A DNA stretch of 64,000 nucleotides from the IMG/VR virus record IMGVR_UViG_3300022674_000045, positions 1 through 64,000 of that record. One strand, written 5' to 3'. The notes beneath the pieces are model-generated. The model was not told where the DNA came from, ran no database searches, and worked only from the letters and a program-made list of their open reading frames with translations. The DNA is from a virus. Both the position numbers and the translations under genes were made by a program. Position 1 is the stretch's first letter, and every line of letters begins with the position of its first letter. Of this stretch, positions 57,727 through 64,000 are shown in pieces.

Positions 57727-58070
57727 GCTCCTATCACCTCTTGTTTCCTGTATTCTATTTCATCCCAAGGTGTAAAGTAACAATCATCTAAATTAAAGCA
57801 ACATAGCATCGTTGAAATCATCTTCAATGTATTTTCGTTTAATTCTAACTCCCTTAATTTATTTGGAATACAAAATTCACCTGTACCTGGATCAGCATTT
57901 GGATGTGGATTATTTAAAAATATATTATCTATTTTTCCATCTACTGTTTGAATTTTATATCCGCGAATAACAAACTTTGGATCTAATTTTAATATTTCAT
58001 GAATTTGATTTCTAAAAATTAACTTGTAAGGAGTATGAACATTTCTGATTGTTTCAGTTTTTATGTTCAT
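57702..58070 (-). CDS. Putative E2/UBC-like conjugating enzyme
   Basis: PHPNADPGTGEFCIP matches the E2 HPN-x(n)-G-x-x-C active-site pattern; downstream FNLDD; coupled (TAATG) to an E1-like gene. Confidence 0.6.
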   Translation of the reverse strand: MNIKTETIRNVHTPYKLIFRNQIHEILKLDPKFVIRGYKIQTVDGKIDNIFLNNPHPNADPGTGEFCIPNKLRELELNENTLKMISTMLCCFNLDDCYFTPWDEIEYRKQEVIGAWQTTIRD

Positions 58071-58930
58071 TATGCAGCTCCTGTTTCAGGTATCAATTCA
58101 ATAAAATATTTTCCATCCGTTTGATTTAAGGCAACCACAAAATTGTTAAATTGACATTGGGTTGCAACGGCTCTCGATAGATTGATTATTATATCCCCAC
58201 TTGTTCTTAAGGAATTTTTTGGGATTGAAAACTCTGACATTGGGAATAAACTACTCCCAACAAACACATCTACATCAGCTTGTTTATTTGCTTGTAGAAT
58301 TGGAACTATTTTTTCCGGAAGGTTAACAAATTTTTCTTCATTATCCGGATCTTCATATACAATATCATATGAGCAACTGTCAAGATGTTTTACATGATCC
58401 AACTCATATTTTTGAATAGATTGATCTTTTATGAGTTTTGAAATTGTATCATTATAGACCAACATTAATATTAGACTAGCTGCGTATCTCAAATCTTCTT
58501 TTGTTAATTCTGTTAGATACTTGCCCTCTGATTTGACTCTATACTCAACATTTTTTCTACAATCCACCATAAGATATCTTGAAGAAATATAAAGTCTTGC
58601 ACTGATTTCTTTTAATCTGTCATATGTGAAATCTCTGCAATCCAAAACTAAATCACATTTTGGGATTTTAGTTTTTCCTTCAATATATTTCTCATTAAAA
58701 CTGATTATTGTAACATCAGGATTTTTACGAGAAATAATTTCATCTAGGGCGTCTGTCTTTTTCAAACCAACATCAATCTGTCGATATATGGAGTTTTTGA
58801 GGTTTTTTGATTCAACTGTATCGTGGTCTATAACTATTAGAGTTTCAAGAGTTTCAAGATTCGAAACAGCGTTGGCAACAAACCCTCCAAGGGTTCCAAT
58901 GCCAATTACTGCGATTGATTTATATACCAC
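58070..58930 (-). CDS. Divergent ThiF/E1-like adenylation protein with extra C-terminal domain
   Basis: IAVIGIGTLGG, IDHDTVESKNL, VG.KKTDAL, DLVLDCRD. Confidence 0.85.
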   Translation of the reverse strand: MVYKSIAVIGIGTLGGFVANAVSNLETLETLIVIDHDTVESKNLKNSIYRQIDVGLKKTDALDEIISRKNPDVTIISFNEKYIEGKTKIPKCDLVLDCRDFTYDRLKEISARLYISSRYLMVDCRKNVEYRVKSEGKYLTELTKEDLRYAASLILMLVYNDTISKLIKDQSIQKYELDHVKHLDSCSYDIVYEDPDNEEKFVNLPEKIVPILQANKQADVDVFVGSSLFPMSEFSIPKNSLRTSGDIIINLSRAVATQCQFNNFVVALNQTDGKYFIELIPETGAA

Positions 58931-58954
58931 GTCTCAATATTCTCCCTTTCTTAG

Positions 58955-58993
58955 TTCCTTGGTATGGAGAATTTAATCCCCATACCAAGGGAA
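58955..58993. other. Intergenic stem-loop within the Ubl operon
   Basis: CCTTGGTATGG/CCATACCAAGG inverted repeat; no U-tract on the coding (minus) strand. Confidence 0.65.
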
Positions 58994-58997
58994 TGTT

Positions 58998-59579
58998 TTA
59001 TGCTACAATATCTTGCAATTCTATTAGTTCAAAATCTTTTTTCTTACTATAAGTTCTGACAAACTCAATCTCTGTCGGACCAACAGGTTCTGGTCTGTAT
59101 TGAGCTTTATATTTAAAATTTTTGTTCGCTATTTCAACAGGGTATGACAACGGTATTTCATATAAATATTTCTTTATATATTTATTACCTTCAAGCATCT
59201 GCATTTGTATGGGAGTATTTGGGTCAATTGCCCTAAGCTCAGATACAATTGTTTGTCTAAAAATTGCATCATCTCGCTCATTTCTTATTTTCATCTCCCT
59301 CTTTACAAACTCATCTTGACGGCCTTTACCATTTATTTTATAGAAATTTTCTTTTCGTTTAAGGGATTTAATAGCACGTCCAAAAGATTTGTTTTTCCCC
59401 TTTAAAATATTGAATGAATCTAATAGCGAACAGATTGAAATTCCTCTTGCTTCAATCCTACCTGCTTCAGAATTGAATAACAAACATACTGTCATTGCAT
59501 TGCTCATGATTGGAGTTTTTACATTATAGAAATTAATTCTATCAACTCCATGTATATCCAAGAAATTTTTATTTAACAT
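58998..59579 (-). CDS. Hypothetical protein with common phage ARG.S.CS..D.F...KG.....GRA motif
   Basis: ORF track; motif recognised, function unknown. Confidence 0.65.
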   Translation of the reverse strand: MLNKNFLDIHGVDRINFYNVKTPIMSNAMTVCLLFNSEAGRIEARGISICSLLDSFNILKGKNKSFGRAIKSLKRKENFYKINGKGRQDEFVKREMKIRNERDDAIFRQTIVSELRAIDPNTPIQMQMLEGNKYIKKYLYEIPLSYPVEIANKNFKYKAQYRPEPVGPTEIEFVRTYSKKKDFELIELQDIVA

Positions 59580-59599
59580 GCTAATACCCCTTTGTTTGT

Positions 59600-59618
59600 G
59601 GGGGTCCGAAGACCCCCC
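59600..59618 (-). other. cUUCGg tetraloop hairpin 3' of the Ubl gene
   Basis: Minus strand GGGGGTC-TTCG-GACCCCC; no U-tract. Confidence 0.8.
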
Positions 59619-59633
59619 ATATTCAACTCTATA

Positions 59634-60113
59634 CTAGCAACCCTTTTTGCCTGCGGGTTTCAGGAACTCAAGGTTGTCACCTTGCTTCAACACATAATCA
59701 CCGCCAACGTCTTTGCCGCTGACCAGACCGGTGGAAAGTTTGTCCACGTTCAGGACTTCCCGAAGGAACTCGCCCACCTGTTTCACACTACGACCCACGA
59801 CTGGGAAGTTACCGGAAGAGGCACCGCATGAAACATGAATGGTTGTGGTTGTGCGGCTTCCAAATTCACCGCTTGGTTTGGTGATAACGCTGCGACCTGT
59901 AAATTCAACACCAGCAATAGCACCAGTGCCTGTAGCAGGAGCCGCTTTGGTGATACTAACGGCCGAACGACCGAACTGACTAAGGATGGACGCAATCACG
60001 TCTTCCTTCGGACGTTTGGTGACTCCAACAATACCCAACTCATCGACACACATACGTTTCAACTCTTTAGAGGTCTTCGCTTCCAATTCTTCTCTGGTAA
60101 AGTATGTACCCAT
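59634..60113 (-). CDS. Ubiquitin-like (beta-grasp) protein with N-terminal Rho-N/HeH-like domain
   Basis: C-terminal IHVSCGA...FPVVGRSVKQV...LNV...VSGKDV..DYVLKQGDNLEFLKPAGKKGC; N-terminal ELEAKTSKELKRMC..LGI.G.TK..KEDVI..IL; start 60113 after AGGAG. Confidence 0.8.
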   Translation of the reverse strand: MGTYFTREELEAKTSKELKRMCVDELGIVGVTKRPKEDVIASILSQFGRSAVSITKAAPATGTGAIAGVEFTGRSVITKPSGEFGSRTTTTIHVSCGASSGNFPVVGRSVKQVGEFLREVLNVDKLSTGLVSGKDVGGDYVLKQGDNLEFLKPAGKKGC

Positions 60114-60134
60114 GTTACAATTCTCCTTTTTCAC

Positions 60135-60818
60135 TTAGTTGATTGCTCTAATTTTAGAGCTTGCGTTCATTGACAGAATATCAAAATAGATTTCTGATCT
60201 TTCATAGGACTCTTTAACTACTGCGTTATAAAAAGTCCAACACATGATTGTTGCGACCCCCAAATTTGTAAAATATAGCTGGGGGTCAGAGTTAGCTAAT
60301 TCTTCACATGACATCTCATTTGGTAACTTGTCGGTTGGATTTGCAATCTCAGGATGGTATCTGCACAAATCAGGTGTAAGGTCTTTTCCTTCCTTACGAA
60401 CATACAATTGTACATTTCCATCAGTAAATTCATTTCCTCCGGAGATCAAAACAACATTTTTTAATTCTTTACAATAATTCCCTACTATCATCCGGGTCTT
60501 ATGATTGTCAACGCCCATAAACACAATATCGCCTTCTAGAATAACTTCCGAAATGTTTTCCGGAGTTACATATTCTTCAAAGGCCTCCAACCTCAATTTA
60601 GGATACTTCATCTGGAGCTCACCGGCTTTAATATCAGCTTTATTCCCGAGTCTAACAAACTCTTGTCTTTCATAATTTTTTGCTTCGTATTTGTCTCCAT
60701 CTACAAGCAAGATATCAGCTGATAAATCATTTGAATAATTTAGAAATCGGCACAATCTTTCTATAAGGATTGAACCGACCCCGCCGAGCCCTATCACAAC
60801 AATACCCATTTTATTCAT
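60135..60818 (-). CDS. E1/ThiF-family Ubl-activating enzyme
   Basis: VIGLGGVGS, VDGDKYEAKNYERQ, NKA, GVDNHKTR, SGGN..GNV, and MSCEE....PQL..TN with a likely catalytic Cys. Confidence 0.9.
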   Translation of the reverse strand: MNKMGIVVIGLGGVGSILIERLCRFLNYSNDLSADILLVDGDKYEAKNYERQEFVRLGNKADIKAGELQMKYPKLRLEAFEEYVTPENISEVILEGDIVFMGVDNHKTRMIVGNYCKELKNVVLISGGNEFTDGNVQLYVRKEGKDLTPDLCRYHPEIANPTDKLPNEMSCEELANSDPQLYFTNLGVATIMCWTFYNAVVKESYERSEIYFDILSMNASSKIRAIN

Positions 60819-60820
60819 TG

Positions 60821-62500
60821 TTACTTCTCCTTCCCAAACACACGTTTAAACATTGCAAATAATGTATCTTCCCGTTTTTGAGCAGAGGGTGGTTCCGGGA
60901 TTGGTTTGCTTGCTCCATTTGGTTCAGGAATTCTTTCAATAGTCTGATCGGATTTTATCGCCTCTTGAAGAGCTACACGATTAATCTCTTCAGTTTCCGC
61001 TGATAAATATTCACCTGAGTCAGTTCTACTCTGTTCAATCAGTTGTGCTTCTTGTGAATAGCAGGCACTTCCCCCACGTATTTCATCCGGTGGGCTGTCG
61101 ATCAGTGAATAACAGAACGGGCATTGTTTCTCATCAGCAAAACGATGAAAACTATTTCCGCAAGATGGACATGTAATAAAAGCTGATGGTGGTCTATAAC
61201 CATCTTCTGGTTTAAGTGGTGAATCGTCTTCCTTGGTGTAATGATTTGGAAGTTCATCTTCATTTACTAAACTCAAATATTCATCGGTTTTACAATTTGG
61301 ACATACTGGCAACATAAGAGCGTCTGTATTATCCACGACGATTTGTTTACATTTATCACATTTATAAACTTCTGTTTCGTCAAAGTCGTCCTCTGATTGT
61401 TCTGCCAGGAATTTATGACCTCTGAATACACATGTCTTGCAGGGAAAGAACTCATCGTCTGCGCCATCGAATACCACATCATGTTTTGGAAACTCAATAG
61501 GTTTAACTTTTACGCCCACATTAAATGGACTGGCTGCTCTATTATCCATTCCTGGAAGTGGCAGCTGTTTTTGAGTTGGAGTTGTTCTGGCAGGAGCTGT
61601 ATATCTTCCTGCTTGGTTCCACAATGAGGCATCGAAATTTCGACCCCATCCTGGACTCTGACTTCTATGTTGACCATAAACTCCATACCCATAGTTGTAT
61701 CCGTAATTATTATATTGATATTGATATGTGCCTTTTTCAACCATTCCCATCCACTCGGATGGAACTTTATGATACTTTTCGGATACATTAACCACATAGC
61801 GTTTGTCATATCTTCTATAAGAATATGAAAACTGATTGGTTGCTTCTTTAACTTCTTCCATCTTGCCATTGATCCATCTATAGACACGTCTGGTTGGCCT
61901 CTGCTCCACTTCATCAATGTCTTTTGTTTTGATCAATCGCTCTACATAGTCTTCTGGTTCGACAACAAATCTATGACCATTGGCAACAATTGAAGCTGTA
62001 ATGCTAACCTCATCGTTATTGACATTACCAACGGTGATATGTAATCCATCAAAATGTTCTTCATCTTTATCATCCGTTCCTGAATGAAATGCTGACATGC
62101 TGGCATGACTATGAATTGTGCCAACCATTGTCATTCCTTCTATGGTAATAGCTTTGTTATAATCACATGCTGCACCTGTCACTTTTTGATGCGGGGGAAC
62201 AATTTTATAAACTCTTTTTGTTTCATCATAAAATAAAAGGACAATTGATTCCCCATAATATTCTTTATATACCTCTCTGAAAAATGCAACAACTCTAGCA
62301 AATTGCCCGCCAGGAATCTTTTTAATGTTCATACGGGCCATCTTTTCAACACTCTCCAAAATGGAAATATTCTGAACTGGAGCGATACTTTCCATAATTC
62401 CCATTTTCTTCTTTAGAAAAATCCCCTCTTTCGCTACGATATAACATATATCATCATCCGGGATGGGGGAAGTCCCATCATTCACATGAATCTTGAACAT
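60821..62500 (-). CDS. JAB/MPN+ metallopeptidase (Prok-JAB) with C-terminal Zn ribbons
   Basis: E...PHQKV...GTIHSHASMSAFHSGTDDKDE (HxH-x7-S-x2-D); CDKC/CPNC and CPSC/CPFC pairs; start 62500 after AGGAG. Confidence 0.9.
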   Translation of the reverse strand: MFKIHVNDGTSPIPDDDICYIVAKEGIFLKKKMGIMESIAPVQNISILESVEKMARMNIKKIPGGQFARVVAFFREVYKEYYGESIVLLFYDETKRVYKIVPPHQKVTGAACDYNKAITIEGMTMVGTIHSHASMSAFHSGTDDKDEEHFDGLHITVGNVNNDEVSITASIVANGHRFVVEPEDYVERLIKTKDIDEVEQRPTRRVYRWINGKMEEVKEATNQFSYSYRRYDKRYVVNVSEKYHKVPSEWMGMVEKGTYQYQYNNYGYNYGYGVYGQHRSQSPGWGRNFDASLWNQAGRYTAPARTTPTQKQLPLPGMDNRAASPFNVGVKVKPIEFPKHDVVFDGADDEFFPCKTCVFRGHKFLAEQSEDDFDETEVYKCDKCKQIVVDNTDALMLPVCPNCKTDEYLSLVNEDELPNHYTKEDDSPLKPEDGYRPPSAFITCPSCGNSFHRFADEKQCPFCYSLIDSPPDEIRGGSACYSQEAQLIEQSRTDSGEYLSAETEEINRVALQEAIKSDQTIERIPEPNGASKPIPEPPSAQKREDTLFAMFKRVFGKEK

Positions 62501-63998
62501 GAAGGAAACTCCTCTCTTCTTGTAAAAATTGAAGTTGTGATAATGAATTTTCAATAAACAATCCATGGAAATTAGGAAATGCCCATGTGGCTTCCATTTT
62601 AGATTGCTCTGTTGGACTTATTCTTGGATTTGGAATACAATCCAATACTGTGTGGTTCTTTACATAATTGTCTATTGTATATGTTTCTGGATACGATGTG
62701 TAATATCCAAGAGACATCATTCTTGGGGTTTTGCTTTCATTAGTTCTTATAACTAACCACCCAAATGAATTTTGATAATCCCCACCAACACCTGTTAAAA
62801 TATCACCAGGTTGTGGTTTAATCTTTGTAATGTCAATTGGAGCGTGGGCTAATGTTGCCCATTTTTTCGACTTCATCCCCACTCTTTTAAATTTCTCCAT
62901 CATATCACTATACCACAATGTACAACAATTTGAGCATAGAACTAATGGTTCATCTCCACCCGTATCTGTGATAAATCCAATAATAATATTTACATCTTTC
63001 TTTGGGAAATGTGGAATATAACCATGTTGTGCAATAATCTTAGTTCCAGCTGTAACTCTATCGAATTTGTTGGTTATCTTTCTAATTTTGCCAACACTTA
63101 TTATTGATGAACCTCTACTACCTGATATACCCTTCACATATTCAACTTGTGTTAAAGCTCCATCTTTATCACTTAACACAAAATTCAATGTGCCTTTAGC
63201 TTCATCTATCGTGAATGCTGTGATTGTTCTTACCATCAGCATATTAATTGGGTTATTCCAATCAGAAAATACGACCTTATCTCCAAGATCAAACCTAATG
63301 TTGAGATCAAAACTTTCAACTTCAAATGTAAGGCCATCATTTTTGATTAGATGTTCTGCTACTTGTTTAATATCGGGGGTTGATGTAGAGTGATTATTAT
63401 CATAAACAACTCCGCCTGGTGTTGCCCAACAATAACTCTCAACTCCAGCATGCCTCATATCAGTCTGAGATAATAACTTTCTCCCAACACGAAATACTTG
63501 TGGTAATGGTCTGATTTCATCTGCTGTAAATAATCTTCTTTGCTTTCGACCAAGCATTGACATTCTTCTAGATGAACTATCTCGTACCTGTAAATTATAT
63601 CGTTGATCTTGGGGTGAGTACGATTTGTCTGTTCCCACAAATGAAAATTTCAAAGTTCCATCTTCACGAACATCAAGACCAGTATATTGAGCATTACTTC
63701 CAGCATGATATGGCCCAGAGTTTACTGAACGGATAATAACGTAATTTTCTTCTTTGTTCAATATAATATTATCATATTTCGGAGTATCTAAATTAAAAAG
63801 TTCTCCTTCTGTATTTTCAAGAATATAAAATGAATTACCTATTCTTGCTTCCGTAACTCCATCTCTTGCATTTCTAATGAAATGAACTTTTCTGTAACTT
63901 GGATTTCCATACCCATCTTTGACGACTATAATATCGCCTTCTTTAATAACTGTCCCATTTTTCATTGTGCCTTGTTCATCATATCTTAATTTTTTGGC
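62478..63998 (-). CDS. 5'-truncated large hypothetical protein upstream of JAB
   Basis: Frame stays open past 63965 to the window edge. Confidence 0.65.
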   Translation of the reverse strand, partial: AKKLRYDEQGTMKNGTVIKEGDIIVVKDGYGNPSYRKVHFIRNARDGVTEARIGNSFYILENTEGELFNLDTPKYDNIILNKEENYVIIRSVNSGPYHAGSNAQYTGLDVREDGTLKFSFVGTDKSYSPQDQRYNLQVRDSSSRRMSMLGRKQRRLFTADEIRPLPQVFRVGRKLLSQTDMRHAGVESYCWATPGGVVYDNNHSTSTPDIKQVAEHLIKNDGLTFEVESFDLNIRFDLGDKVVFSDWNNPINMLMVRTITAFTIDEAKGTLNFVLSDKDGALTQVEYVKGISGSRGSSIISVGKIRKITNKFDRVTAGTKIIAQHGYIPHFPKKDVNIIIGFITDTGGDEPLVLCSNCCTLWYSDMMEKFKRVGMKSKKWATLAHAPIDITKIKPQPGDILTGVGGDYQNSFGWLVIRTNESKTPRMMSLGYYTSYPETYTIDNYVKNHTVLDCIPNPRISPTEQSKMEATWAFPNFHGLFIENSLSQLQFLQEERSFLHVQDSCE

Positions 63999-64000
63999 AC

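Noticed and set aside
59634-60818. ThiS/ThiF or MoaD/MoeB sulfur-relay for cofactor synthesis
   Set aside because: No thiazole/Moco/desulfurase genes in the window; an E2-like gene is present and the Ubl has an extra N-terminal domain. Disfavoured but not formally excluded
1-64000. Stop-codon reassignment
   Set aside because: Code 11 gives dense full-length genes, and TAA, TAG and TGA all end genes at sensible boundaries
1-64000. tRNA or rRNA genes
   Set aside because: Intergenic gaps are short and no cloverleaf or T-loop consensus was recognised by eye; tRNAscan-SE would be needed to exclude them formally

Overview
AT-rich (roughly one third GC by eye), densely coding 64-kb segment of a large contractile-tailed (myovirus-like, probably jumbo) bacteriophage genome, read in standard code 11 with strong GGAG Shine-Dalgarno usage. 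1-45.4 kb is mainly a late/virion region: Gly-Ser-Thr collagen-like fibre proteins, LamG and other appendage proteins, a lysis cassette (DUF5675 endolysin-like protein and 3-TM holin), baseplate genes (gp6-, gp7-, gp25-, gp26-, gp27- and gp48-like), tail sheath, tail tube, tape measure and terminase large subunit. This region is interrupted by three small opposite-strand islands. 45.5-64 kb is one long minus-strand block: DUF932-like protein, SAM methyltransferase, a minimal PolB-like palm protein, MazG-like protein, FolE2, unsplit compact RNA polymerase beta' and beta subunits, and directly upstream of them an apparently near-complete phage-encoded ubiquitin-like conjugation system (JAB peptidase, E1/ThiF, Ubl ending -KKG-C, a second divergent E1, and an E2-like HPN...C protein). 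Reading the intergenic DNA shows two promoter-like motif classes (TCTATATATATTAAT and T[A/G]GAACAWAWW) that sit back-to-back three times. Other signals not explained by the ORF track are a likely programmed frameshift in the tail assembly chaperone, a D-[S/A/T]-T tripeptide enriched in virion proteins, and a radical SAM gene followed by tandem FVTNSSS-motif genes. All functional calls come from motif recognition by eye; no database searches were run.
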